Of a stretch of 64,000 nucleotides of DNA, positions 9,848 through 19,492 are shown piece after piece. Both the position numbers and the translations under genes were made by a program. The notes below the pieces were generated by a model. The model was not told the DNA's origin, ran no database searches, and worked only from the letters and a program-made list of their open reading frames with translations. Source of the DNA: Eubacteriales bacterium. Lineage in GTDB: Bacteria > Bacillota > Desulfotomaculia > Desulfotomaculales > Nap2-2B. Position 1 is the stretch's first letter; each line of letters starts with the position of its first letter. Location: NCBI GenBank assembly GCA_041653135.1, contig JBAZGB010000001.1:23999-87998 (forward strand), given 5' to 3'.

Positions 9848-10978
9848 CTATTGTTTTTTCTGATTTAAATAAAAACGCGGCACGCGGCTGTTGACCATAC
9901 AGACTATTTCATAGCTGATCGTTCCGGTCAGTTTCGCAATTTCTTCAACCGGAATTGTTTCTCCCCCGCCGGACCCGAAAAGAGTTACCTCATCACCGGG
10001 AGACACACCATTGATATGCCCGACGTCAATCATGCATTGGTCCATACAGACCCGTCCGACAACTTTCGCCCTATGTCCATTGACAAGCACAATTCCCCTG
10101 GATGATAAAAGCCTGCTGTAGCCGTCTGCGTAGCCTGCCGAGATCACGGCGATGACAGTTGGCTGTGAAGTCTGGTAAGTGGATCCGTAGCTTACTTTAT
10201 AACCTGCGGGTACTTTCTTGATTTGTGCTATTCTTGTCTTAAAAGACATGGCAGGTTTTAGATTAATTAAGTTCTGGATTTCTCCGGAAGGATACAAACC
10301 ATAAATGATAATACCGGGCCTGACCAGATTTAAATAAGTCTGCGGGAGATCAAGCAGGGCGGCGCTGTTGGCGCAATGCCGGAGAGGAAACTCCAGTCCC
10401 GCTTTGCGGAGTTCTTCCAGAAAAGAATTGAACAGCTCGAGCTGCGCAAGCGTGAATGTTTTATCCGCGCTGTCAGCTGCAGCAAAATGTGTAAAGATTC
10501 CCTCTAAGATTAAATGAGGAAGCCTTGCGGCTTTAAGGACATCTTCAAGGGCGGGTCTTCCAGGCGTTAGACCCAAACGGCCCATACCGGTATCAATTTT
10601 AAGATGAACTTTAGCCTGCCTGCCTGAGCGCTCCGCAACGCTGTTCAGCGCTTCAGCCATCTCCAGGCTGTATACTGTCTGAATCAGATTTAAGTCCAAT
10701 ACTTCATTAAACTGAGTGCCGGGTGTATATCCAAGAAGCAAAACCGGGGCGTCGATCCCCGCTTTTCTCAACTCTTTTGCTTCTTCAACCCTGGCAACCG
10801 CCAGGCTTTTTGCTCCGTTAGCCAGAACAATTTTAGACGTTTCCAAAGCTCCGTGTCCATATGCGTTTGCTTTTACCACGGCCATAATTTCCGATTTTGG
10901 GGAAAGAAATTTACGTATTTCCCGCATATTCTGCTTAATGGCGCCAAGATCTATTTCAGCCCAAACCGGGACTTCCAG
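9848..10978 (-). CDS. alr: alanine racemase
   Basis: VVKANAYGHG (PLP-Lys motif) and typical Alr length. The conserved N-terminal VWAEIDLGAIKQN is encoded upstream of the first ATG, so I extend to CTG 10976-10978 (see findings). Confidence 0.9.
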   Translation of the reverse strand: MEVPVWAEIDLGAIKQNMREIRKFLSPKSEIMAVVKANAYGHGALETSKIVLANGAKSLAVARVEEAKELRKAGIDAPVLLLGYTPGTQFNEVLDLNLIQTVYSLEMAEALNSVAERSGRQAKVHLKIDTGMGRLGLTPGRPALEDVLKAARLPHLILEGIFTHFAAADSADKTFTLAQLELFNSFLEELRKAGLEFPLRHCANSAALLDLPQTYLNLVRPGIIIYGLYPSGEIQNLINLKPAMSFKTRIAQIKKVPAGYKVSYGSTYQTSQPTVIAVISAGYADGYSRLLSSRGIVLVNGHRAKVVGRVCMDQCMIDVGHINGVSPGDEVTLFGSGGGETIPVEEIAKLTGTISYEIVCMVNSRVPRFYLNQKKQ

Positions 10979-10994
10979 GATCAGTCACCTGCCG

Positions 10995-12548
10995 TTAATT
11001 GCTTTCAGTTTCTAAAATAGCGTCCGGTAAAAAGTCTAGTATATCACCGGCTACAAGACCGCGGCAGCCTTTTTGCCTGACCGCAAGATCACCGGCCAGA
11101 CCGTGAAGGTAAGCCCCCGCCCCCGCCGCATCAAATGGGTTTAAGCCCTGGGCGATCAAGCCGGCAATGATCCCGGTAAGGACATCGCCTGCGCCGCCTG
11201 TGGCCATACCCGGATTTCCTGTTGTATTGATATAAACCCTGGAATCCGGCGAAGCGACTATAGTTGAAGCGCCCTTCAATAATAAAACGGCTCCCCACTC
11301 TCTGGCCGCTGCCTCCGTTGTTTCCAAACGCCGCTGCTGGATTTGCGCTGTGGTCTTGCCTGTCAGCCTGCCCATCTCACCCGGGTGAGGGGTTAAGACA
11401 AGCGGCGCTGACGTTAGTTTGAACACTTCCGTATAGCCGGCAAGACAATTTAAACCATCCGCATCCAATACACAAGGTATTCTTAACATAGGTAAAATTC
11501 TTTTTACAAAAGAAACCGTCTCCGGATGTGTGGTGATACCGGGTCCAATTGCGATAACATCAAAGCGCTGCGCAAGGGCAGCAATTTCATCCAAAGCTTC
11601 GCTTCCGATTGTCTGTTCGGGACTCTCCGGCAAGGCGACAGTCATGATTTCAGTCAGTTTTGAAGCGACAAGCTTTTGCACGCCGGACGGAACTGCAAGG
11701 GTAACCAGTCCCGCGCCAGCCCGTGCTGCGCTCATGGCGGACAGGCAGGCGGCGCCGGTCATGCCCCTCGATCCGGCAACAATAAGTACCCGTCCGTAAT
11801 CACCTTTGTTGGAGGCGGCCTGACGCGGCTGAAACCAACCGCAGACCATATCCCTTGTTAATAACTGTCTCTTTAAGGATTCGCTATTATAAAGAAACGC
11901 CGGTATGGAAATGTCGGCTACAAGGAGTTTGCCTGTATAGCTTGCGCCAGGTTCCTGGACAAGCCCCAGCTTGGGCAGGCCGAAGGTAACTGTACAGGTT
12001 GCCTTAATACAAAGGCCTTCAACAAGGCCGCTGTCCGCCTGTAATCCCGATGGTATATCTACGGCCACTACCGGTTTCCCGCTGCGGTTAATCAGCTCGA
12101 TTACACCGGCGGCGGGCTGGCCTGGAATTCCCCTGAAACCAGTGCCAAAGACAGCGTCTATGATGAGATCGCTTTCTGAAAGGAATGCGTGCAAATCATC
12201 GAAACAGTAATTCTCATCTATTAAATCTATCTTTTGGCCCATATTTTCCCAGATAAACATATTTGTTTTCGCGTCACCAAAGATTTCATCTTTTTTTGCT
12301 AAAAGAAAAACCTTTACATCGGCTTTTAAGTTAGATAAATGCCGGGCAATAACAAAACCGTCCCCGCCATTGTTTCCCTTGCCTGAAAATACGCAGACAG
12401 CCTTGTCTTCAATATTGGGAAGCAACTGCCGGATAACTTGGACAGTCTGCAAACCGGCGTTCTCCATTAGAACAACCCCGGGTATCCTGTAATCCTCTAT
12501 AGCGGTGCGGTCCAGTTCCCTCATTTCCGCGGCGCTGACTACTTTCAT
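10995..12548 (-). CDS. nnr: bifunctional NAD(P)H-hydrate repair enzyme (epimerase / ADP-dependent dehydratase)
   Basis: N-terminal YjeF_N (GKGNNGGDG) plus a C-terminal carbohydrate-kinase-like domain (GGAGDVLTG). Confidence 0.92.
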   Translation of the reverse strand: MKVVSAAEMRELDRTAIEDYRIPGVVLMENAGLQTVQVIRQLLPNIEDKAVCVFSGKGNNGGDGFVIARHLSNLKADVKVFLLAKKDEIFGDAKTNMFIWENMGQKIDLIDENYCFDDLHAFLSESDLIIDAVFGTGFRGIPGQPAAGVIELINRSGKPVVAVDIPSGLQADSGLVEGLCIKATCTVTFGLPKLGLVQEPGASYTGKLLVADISIPAFLYNSESLKRQLLTRDMVCGWFQPRQAASNKGDYGRVLIVAGSRGMTGAACLSAMSAARAGAGLVTLAVPSGVQKLVASKLTEIMTVALPESPEQTIGSEALDEIAALAQRFDVIAIGPGITTHPETVSFVKRILPMLRIPCVLDADGLNCLAGYTEVFKLTSAPLVLTPHPGEMGRLTGKTTAQIQQRRLETTEAAAREWGAVLLLKGASTIVASPDSRVYINTTGNPGMATGGAGDVLTGIIAGLIAQGLNPFDAAGAGAYLHGLAGDLAVRQKGCRGLVAGDILDFLPDAILETESN

Positions 12549-12550
12549 AT

Positions 12551-12931
12551 TTAGCCTCCTAAAACCAGAGCAAATGCCAATGCTTTGTCCCGATCGTGGG
12601 AAATGCTGATTAAAACTTTTCCGATACCTTTTTCTACGGCAATTTCAACAGCCTTATTATGCAAAGATATTTTTGGCGCTTGGTCTATTTCTGTTACTAT
12701 CTCGACATCCCGCCACCTTATGCCAAAAGCCAGGCCTGTTCCCAAGGCTTTTAAAACGGCTTCTTTGGCGGCAAAGCGGGCGGCAAAAGATGGAAAGGGG
12801 TTCTTACGCAAGTTACAATAAGCCACTTCACCCTGTGTAAAAATCTTATTTAGAAACTTGCCCGGATATTTTTCGGCTAATATCCGCAGCCGTTCAATTT
12901 CAATTATATCAGCGCCGATTCCTTTTACCAA
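12551..12931 (-). CDS. acpS: holo-[acyl-carrier-protein] synthase
   Basis: GIGADIIEIERL ... FAAKEAVLKALG ... SISHD, canonical AcpS. Confidence 0.92.
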   Translation of the reverse strand: MVKGIGADIIEIERLRILAEKYPGKFLNKIFTQGEVAYCNLRKNPFPSFAARFAAKEAVLKALGTGLAFGIRWRDVEIVTEIDQAPKISLHNKAVEIAVEKGIGKVLISISHDRDKALAFALVLGG

Positions 12932-12954
12932 TGGTAAATCCGCCTTTTAGTAAA

Positions 12955-13752
12955 TTAAAAACCGATAATCTTTTTAAGTTTTTTTGCCTGCGCACGGCTT
13001 ACGGGGACTTCGCTTTTTTCCTTGTCATCCACTATAAGGTTGTATGTCCCGTTAAAGAAAGGGACTATTTCTTTTACTTTATGCAGGTTGACCAGGTAAC
13101 AGCGGTGAGTTCTGAAAAATAATTTTGGATCCAGACGTTTTTCAAGTTCCTTTAAAGTAAACCTTACAAAAAGTTTTTCATCAAAGATTTTTAAATAGAC
13201 ATAATCTTTTTCCGTAAATGCAAAAACGAGATCCGACTCAGGCACCAGAACTGTTTTTCCTTTCTTTTCAGCAGGAATACGGTCAATTTTGATCTGTTCC
13301 AAATCAAGGCTGATATCAGTATGACTATAACCGCCGGGCGTTTCCGCTTCCTCAATATCTTGGCTTTCCAGGTTTGCCCCGGAATCACCGATCAGCTTCA
13401 GGACTTTGTCGATAGCCCTTTTTAAGCGGCTGATTTCCACCGGTTTCAAGAGATAGTCGACAGCATTGATATCAAAGGCCTTCACGGCATATTCATCGTA
13501 GGCGGTAACAAAAATAACGAATGGCTGGCAGGGAAGTTTCTGAATCGCTGCTCCCAATTCCATACCGCTCATTCCAGGCATCGAAATATCAAGAAACAAA
13601 ACCTGGTAATCCAATGCCTTTATCAATACGAGGGCTTCTTGCGCATTGGCAGCTTCACCAATAACTTCAATGTTGTCAAAGTTCTTCAAAGCAAAACGCA
13701 ATTCCTGCCGCGCCGGGTATTCGTCATCCACGATTAAAGCTTTCAATTTCAT
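12955..13752 (-). CDS. LytTR-family response regulator
   Basis: Receiver domain (ALIVDDE ... FLDISMPGMSG) plus a C-terminal LytTR DNA-binding domain (FFRTHRCYLVNL). Start at the ATG after GGGAGGAG. Confidence 0.9.
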   Translation of the reverse strand: MKLKALIVDDEYPARQELRFALKNFDNIEVIGEAANAQEALVLIKALDYQVLFLDISMPGMSGMELGAAIQKLPCQPFVIFVTAYDEYAVKAFDINAVDYLLKPVEISRLKRAIDKVLKLIGDSGANLESQDIEEAETPGGYSHTDISLDLEQIKIDRIPAEKKGKTVLVPESDLVFAFTEKDYVYLKIFDEKLFVRFTLKELEKRLDPKLFFRTHRCYLVNLHKVKEIVPFFNGTYNLIVDDKEKSEVPVSRAQAKKLKKIIGF

Positions 13753-15040
13753 TTTTTCTCTCCTCCCTGTCCACATGCTTAAGATCCAGTGGAACCCGGA
13801 AAAATACGGATGTACCCACCCCGGGGGTACTTTCTATTTTTAGGCCGTAATCTTCACCAAATAAGCTCTTCAAACGTTCGTTTACATTGCTTAGACCAAC
13901 GCCGTTTCCCGAACCTACGCCAGGCTTAAGGATTTCAGGCAGCCTTTCCGGTTGAATTCCCACACCGTCATCATTTACTTCAAATAAGATTTCCCCGTCA
14001 GCGAGGCTGGCGGCAATTTTAACTGTTCCTTTGCCTAACTTGGGTAATATACCATGCTTGATCGCGTTTTCGGCCAGCGGTTGGATAGTAAGTACAGGCA
14101 CCTCGCAGGATAAAAGGGTATCATCGATATCTTTCAGTATCTGCAGTTTCTCACCAAAACGCGCCTTTTCCAGAACAAGATACGTATTCAAATACTCGAT
14201 TTCTTCTTTCAGGCTGTTGAAGTGTCCTCTTCTTTTAAGCGCATAACGAAAAAAACTGGCCAGCCGGATCAACAGGCGTCTGGCCGTTTCGGGATTCGTC
14301 CGGATAAACATGATAATGGTATTTAAAGTATTAAACAGGAAATGAGGGTTAATTTGAGCCTGAAGAGCTTCCAGTTCCGCCTTGGTAACCAGTTGGGTCT
14401 GCCGGTTCAGTTCCGCTAATTCCATCTGCATTCCAAATAAATGAGCCAGCCCGACCGCCAGTTTCACTATTCCTTCCGGTACTTTGCCGGGTTTTGACTG
14501 GTATAGTTTTAATGCTCCGGTTACTTTTCCGTTGCATTTCAAAGGAGCGATCACGGCGGACTCCAAAGGGCAGTCCGGAAAAGGACATTTCAGATCATAT
14601 GGGTTATTCAATATTTTTAACTCTCCGCTGTATAGCGCCGCCTTGGTGGCCTCTGTAAGAATAGGTCCTCCCGCTTTATGGTGATCGTCTCCCGAACCGA
14701 TGTGGGCAAGTATTTTTTCTCTGTCGGTGATCGCTACTGCCGCAACCTGAGAAATCTCTTTTATTATAGCCGCCGTTTTAGCAGCTGTTTCTTCACTGAG
14801 ACCCCGCCTTAAAAAAGGCAAAGTTTCATTGGCAATCTGGAGTGTGAGGTCGACAAGGCTCTTCTCCAGTTTGATATTTTGAAGTTTCTGCCTGTAAACA
14901 AACCTGTCCATCCCTACTGCTGTAAGAATATTGGATATGAGCAGGACAATCGCACAATGCCAGATTAAAGGTTTCCATAAGATTAGTAAGGCTGCTGCCG
15001 CAATGTTAAGCGGCAGCCACCAGATAAGTATCCCGCGCAA
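13724..15040 (-). CDS. sensor histidine kinase, LytS/YehU-type (TM + GAF + His_kinase + HATPase)
   Basis: QINPHFLFNTLN (PF06580-type H-box), ENAIKHG, GVGLSNV. Two N-terminal TM segments. Its 3' end overlaps the regulator start. Confidence 0.85.
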   Translation of the reverse strand: MRGILIWWLPLNIAAAALLILWKPLIWHCAIVLLISNILTAVGMDRFVYRQKLQNIKLEKSLVDLTLQIANETLPFLRRGLSEETAAKTAAIIKEISQVAAVAITDREKILAHIGSGDDHHKAGGPILTEATKAALYSGELKILNNPYDLKCPFPDCPLESAVIAPLKCNGKVTGALKLYQSKPGKVPEGIVKLAVGLAHLFGMQMELAELNRQTQLVTKAELEALQAQINPHFLFNTLNTIIMFIRTNPETARRLLIRLASFFRYALKRRGHFNSLKEEIEYLNTYLVLEKARFGEKLQILKDIDDTLLSCEVPVLTIQPLAENAIKHGILPKLGKGTVKIAASLADGEILFEVNDDGVGIQPERLPEILKPGVGSGNGVGLSNVNERLKSLFGEDYGLKIESTPGVGTSVFFRVPLDLKHVDREERKNEIESFNRG

Positions 15041-15246
15041 GATACTCCTGTCCGTTTTCCAGCCCCCTAGTCATAGACTGAATATTTGTAAACATTCGCC
15101 ATTTAAAGCTGTTTCTGCTTTCACAATTTTCTTTTAACTATTATAATTAAGGAAAAAGTAAATGTCTATCGCAAAAACACCTCCGGATTTTTTGAAGAAG
15201 TGGATAATTTATACGCTTTATATTTTGCAAAGGAGATCGGGGAAAA

Positions 15247-16161
15247 ATGAAAAACATCTTAATTATTGGGGGGAGTTACTTTATAGGAAGGGTCTTTACC
15301 TTAATGTTAACGAGGAGAAAGGAATATTCAATTCACGTTCTGAACCGGGGCAACAGGCCGCTAAAAATACAGGGCGTTGAAGAATATATCTGCGACAGGA
15401 ATGAATCCGAAAGAATAAAAAAGGTCATCCCTCCTTTGGACTGGGATGCGGTGGTTGACTTCTGCGCTGATGTTCCTCACGAAGTAAGCAGTATGATTAA
15501 TGATTTGCCCGGCAAATTAAACCATTATATTTATTTCAGTACCTGTGCGGTTTATAAGACATCTGTAGATTACCCTAAATACGAAGACTCACCCAAACTT
15601 TCAGGATCTATTCAAGGCCCTTTTGGAGACTATGGCTATAAAAAGTATCTTACAGAACATGAATTAGTTGAGAATTGTGAAAGCAAAAATATTAATTATA
15701 CAATATTAAGGCCTGCTTTCGTTTACGGGCCCTATAATTATGCCCCGAGAGAATCATATTTCTTCGACCTTATATTGGCCAACAAGGAAGTGCCTGTTCC
15801 TGTAAACTCAATTGCACTTTTCCAGTTCGTCTATGTTACGGATATCGCCAGTTTGTGCATTTCCTGCCTGGGTAACAGCACTGTCTATGGAAATGCCTAC
15901 AATTTGTCGGCAGAGGAAATGATCTCATATCAAAAGCTAATCAATGTATTTGAAGAAATCAGCGGCGAGAGAATTCGGACCAGAGAATACAGCTGTGAGG
16001 AAATTGATCAAAAGAATATCCCCCTGCCCTTTCCATTAGAACAGCATGAACTCTATTCCGGTTCGCTAATTTCAAAGACTTTAAATTTCAAGTACACACC
16101 ATTCACTAAAGGCATGAAAGACACCTTTGAATTTTATAAGAAACACTCTTTTATGAAGTAG
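15247..16161 (+). CDS. NAD-dependent epimerase/dehydratase family protein
   Basis: N-terminal Rossmann motif ILIIGGSYFIGR, SDR-extended length. Confidence 0.8.
   Translation: MKNILIIGGSYFIGRVFTLMLTRRKEYSIHVLNRGNRPLKIQGVEEYICDRNESERIKKVIPPLDWDAVVDFCADVPHEVSSMINDLPGKLNHYIYFSTCAVYKTSVDYPKYEDSPKLSGSIQGPFGDYGYKKYLTEHELVENCESKNINYTILRPAFVYGPYNYAPRESYFFDLILANKEVPVPVNSIALFQFVYVTDIASLCISCLGNSTVYGNAYNLSAEEMISYQKLINVFEEISGERIRTREYSCEEIDQKNIPLPFPLEQHELYSGSLISKTLNFKYTPFTKGMKDTFEFYKKHSFMK
15582..16155 (+). repeat. left copy of a roughly 574-bp direct repeat (3' part of the epimerase gene)
   Basis: Aligns colinearly with 17289-17862. My hand alignment finds about 27 mismatches (roughly 95 percent identity). 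Confidence 0.9.
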
Positions 16162-16486
16162 CTTAAAAAAACGGCAAGTCCATTAATAATAAAGCTCCAA
16201 GAACACAAATTCAAAAGGCGGAATAACCAGAGGGACGGTGATTTTTATTTCAGCAAAAGCAGATAAAGTAATATGTCCGCTTGCCGAAAAAATACAGACA
16301 TCCTTTTATTGTGCCGTTAATTGATCTGTTTTCCATATCCCATACCGGTAGCATTTTAAGGGCGTTCCATCAGCGGGACGCACTCTCTGAAAAATTTTTC
16401 AACGCCCGATAAATGCTGTTGTTTTTGCTGTTGTAATTTACGAATAATTAGCGCATAATAGTATCAACAAGGAAAGAGGTGATTTT

Positions 16487-16744
16487 ATGCCAAACATCAA
16501 GCCGGTTTCGGATTTGCGAAATTATAACGAGGTTTTGAGGGATGTTGCTGTGGGCGCGCCAGTCTTTTTGACGAAGAACGGCAGAGGACGTTATGCGCTT
16601 ATTGATATTACAGAGTACGAGAAAACACAGGCGACAATCAAGCTGATGGGCGAACTTGCCAAGGGCCGGAAATCAGGCGAGGAAAAGGGATGGGTTTCAC
16701 ATGAAGCTGTGAGAGCACATTTCAAAGAGAAAACCAATGAATAA
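16487..16744 (+). CDS. Phd/YefM-type antitoxin
   Basis: MPNIKPVSDLRNYNEVL...PVFLTKNGRG. Overlaps the downstream toxin by 8 nt. Confidence 0.8.
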   Translation: MPNIKPVSDLRNYNEVLRDVAVGAPVFLTKNGRGRYALIDITEYEKTQATIKLMGELAKGRKSGEEKGWVSHEAVRAHFKEKTNE

Positions 16745-17069
16745 GCTTCATTATTCTCCGGAGGCTTTAAGTGACCTTGACGAAATATGGGCATACATTT
16801 TTGAGGAATTACAAAATTCCACCGCTGCCCAAAACACGGTGGATGGCATATTGGATAACATAGAAAATTTGCGAAAGTTTTCAGAAATGGGGGCGCCTCT
16901 GTGCTCAGTCATTGAGGTCGAAAGCGATTACCGTTTTCTTGTATGCGGAAACTACCTTGCCTTTTACCGCGTCAAGGGCGAGGAGGTCAACATAGACCGC
17001 ATATTATACGGCAGGCGCGATTATCTGCGTATCTTGTTCGCCAATTCATCGGAAGAAGCCATCAAGTAA
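16737..17069 (+). CDS. RelE/ParE family toxin (full length)
   Basis: YSPEALSDLDEIWAYI ... YRFLVCGNYLAFYRV...IDRILYGRRDY, a ParE-like pattern. Confidence 0.8.
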   Translation: MNKLHYSPEALSDLDEIWAYIFEELQNSTAAQNTVDGILDNIENLRKFSEMGAPLCSVIEVESDYRFLVCGNYLAFYRVKGEEVNIDRILYGRRDYLRILFANSSEEAIK

Positions 17070-17090
17070 AATAAAACAATAACCAAAGAA

Positions 17091-17117
17091 AACGCCAGTA
17101 GAGATTCCGGCGTTTTT
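17091..17117 (+). terminator. putative intrinsic terminator of TA cassette 1
   Basis: AACGCC - 12 nt loop - GGCGTT followed by TTTTAT. Confidence 0.55.
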
Positions 17118-17288
17118 ATGCGCAAAGATGCGATTTCAAGGTTTCTGTTTCCATACACACAGACAAATGCATGGAATCTGGACTTACATTGCCGAAAGAC
17201 TGCTGGAGCCCGGGTACTGTTATTTATTGAAAGCAATACATAGCATTCAAAAAATCGCCTTTCGGTGATTTAACCGTTGCGTCACTTG

Positions 17289-17862
17289 CGAAGACTCACC
17301 CAAACTTTCAGGATCTATTCAAGGCCCTTTTGGAGACTATGGCTATAAAAAGTATCTTACAGAACTTGAATTGGCTAAGAATTGTGAAAGCAAAAATATT
17401 AATTGCACAATATTAAGGCCTGCTTTCGTTTGCGGGCCTTACAATTATGCCCCGAGAGAATCATATTTCTTCGACCTTATATTGGCTGACAAGGAAGTGC
17501 CGGTACCATCAAACTCGATTGCTCTTTTCCAGTTCATCTATGTTACGGATATCGCCAGTTTGTGCATTTCCTGCCTGGGGAACAGCACTGTCTATGGAAA
17601 TGCCTACAATTTGTCGGCAGAGGAAATGATCTCATATCAAAAGCTAATCAATGTATTTGAAGAAATCAGCGGCGAGAGAATTCGGACCAGGGAATACAGC
17701 TGTGAGGAAATTGATCAAAAGAATATCCCCCTGCCCTTTCCGTTAGAACAGCATGAACTCTATTCCGGCTCATTAATTTCAAAGACTTTAAATTTCAAGT
17801 ACACACCCTTTACTAAAGGCATGAAAGACACCTTTGAATTTTATAAGAAACACTCTTTTAAG
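17289..17862 (+). pseudogene. displaced 3' fragment of the epimerase gene (right copy of the direct repeat)
   Basis: Roughly 95 percent identical to 15582-16155. Lacks the 5' 335 bp of the gene. The stop codon is mutated, so the ORF-track ORF 17371-17979 runs on into unrelated sequence. Confidence 0.85.
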
Positions 17863-18022
17863 AAATGGCTTAAAATAAAATACAGCAAGTCCATTAATAA
17901 AAATAGAAACCTGACATTAAATTTTACTGGTGCATGTGGGGGAAACGAAGAGCGAGCAACATACCGCCTTGTGTTTTAGACATAATAATGCTATAATTAT
18001 GTGCAAGAGAGGAGGTGCCGTT

Positions 18023-18286
18023 ATGCCGCAGATTAGACCTATTACGGACTTGAGAAATACCAACGAAATTTCCGACATCTGCCACGCCAAGAAAGAGCCG
18101 ATTTTCATTACAAAAAACGGCTATGGTGATCTGGTAGTTATGAGCATTGAAACTTACGAAGCTATGCTGGAAGAACGGGAACTTGACGCCGCCATCACGG
18201 AAGCCGAGGCCGAGTATACATCTGACAGCCAGTTGTTGGATGCGAGGAAAGCTCTCTCCACATTAAGGAGGCGGCACTTTGGATAA
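18023..18286 (+). CDS. Phd/YefM-type antitoxin (second cassette)
   Basis: MPQIRPITDLRNTNEISD...PIFITKNGYGDLVVMSIETYE. ATG after GGAGGTG. Paralogous to 16487-16744. Confidence 0.8.
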   Translation: MPQIRPITDLRNTNEISDICHAKKEPIFITKNGYGDLVVMSIETYEAMLEERELDAAITEAEAEYTSDSQLLDARKALSTLRRRHFG

Positions 18287-18455
18287 ATACGCCGTAAAAT
18301 TGCTTTCCCGTGCCTATCGGGATTTGGAAGGCATCTATGCCTATATTGCCGATACGCTGCTGGAGTCAGGTACGGCGCAAAAACTTCTGGACGCGCTAGA
18401 AGAAACAATTTTCAGTTTGGAGGAACTTCCCCAGCGGGGAGCAACACAAGGATAA
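18279..18455 (+). pseudogene. truncated RelE/ParE toxin (N-terminal 58 codons only)
   Basis: TTG start after AAGGAGG. Hand translation gives LDKYAVKLLSRAYRDLEGIYAYIADTLLESGTAQKLLDALEETIFSLEELPQRGATQG-stop. The C-terminal toxin core is missing. Confidence 0.65.
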
Positions 18456-18622
18456 CCGTCCCCGTATCACGTGCTCCCATTTTATTAGCAGACATTACTA
18501 AACATAATAGGAATGATCATTATTTGACACTCATCATGGTGCAGTTAGTCAGATGAATAATATGTTTTTAACCTGTCTTGCTTGCGGAGTCAATCAAAAA
18601 AATTACTCATCGGATTCTTGCA

Positions 18623-19492
18623 CTATTTTTGAACTGTCGTTATATCATGATATAGCTCGGAATATTCTTTCGCATGACGTTTATGAATGTGGTTCCTTTC
18701 AAGAACAGGAATGGCACGACGAGCGTCAATCTTGGCTTGCAGTTTTTCGATATTTTCATAAGATCGACTGTTTGTAAGTACATCTAAAGCACCGTCAATT
18801 TTTAGAGAGAGCATATAGTACCTCATATTTTCAACAAGACGCTCAGCACACTTTATAATCAATCCACCTGAACTGAAAATGATCAGCAGAATCCCGGTTT
18901 TCGTCTCTATCTTGAAAAAAACGGCTAGAAGTACAAGCACTAACAAACGAATTACCATGTGAATAATTCTTTCACACGTGATCTTCTTGTTCCACCAGCA
19001 ATTTTGCTTTTGGCATTCGTATATCGCATCCTGCTCTGACAGTGGCTGTGAAAACTCATACCAGTTCCGAACCCCAGCAGGGTTATCGCGGCCAGTATTG
19101 TCCATCTGCTCCTTGCTTTTTTCAGGAGAATGCTTTACGGCTTTGATTGAGAGTTCCTCCAATTCCTGCACTTCAGATTTGGTAAACTGACCTATATTGA
19201 TAGCCAATACATAGGCATCGAAGTATTTCCTGAGTGCAGAAGCCGAAGCCACATTAACAGTCATTAGCCAATTGAGTAATACGGCTATTATGTCCATAAA
19301 AAAAGGCACAGCGATGAAAAACATCCTCCAAGTAGAACTGTCTGGTAAGAAAATTGTTAACCAGGAAACAATACAACACACCCAAACGAGATCGTTTAGT
19401 ATTTCAGCATGGTTATAATGTCTACGCGAAGCATACTGATACCGCAACATTCGCTCTTCATTTTGCTTTTTTTCGATAGAGTTCACGCTCAT
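18623..19492 (-). CDS. four-TM membrane protein, candidate S-4TM-type CBASS effector
   Basis: Two pairs of hydrophobic helices (LVWVCCIVSWLTIFL / MFFIAVPFFMDIIAVLLNWLM, and IIHMVIRLLVLVLLAVFF / GILLIIFSSGGLII) separated by a soluble insert. Last gene of the NTase operon. Start ambiguous between 19492 and 19450. Confidence 0.6.
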   Translation of the reverse strand: MSVNSIEKKQNEERMLRYQYASRRHYNHAEILNDLVWVCCIVSWLTIFLPDSSTWRMFFIAVPFFMDIIAVLLNWLMTVNVASASALRKYFDAYVLAINIGQFTKSEVQELEELSIKAVKHSPEKSKEQMDNTGRDNPAGVRNWYEFSQPLSEQDAIYECQKQNCWWNKKITCERIIHMVIRLLVLVLLAVFFKIETKTGILLIIFSSGGLIIKCAERLVENMRYYMLSLKIDGALDVLTNSRSYENIEKLQAKIDARRAIPVLERNHIHKRHAKEYSELYHDITTVQK

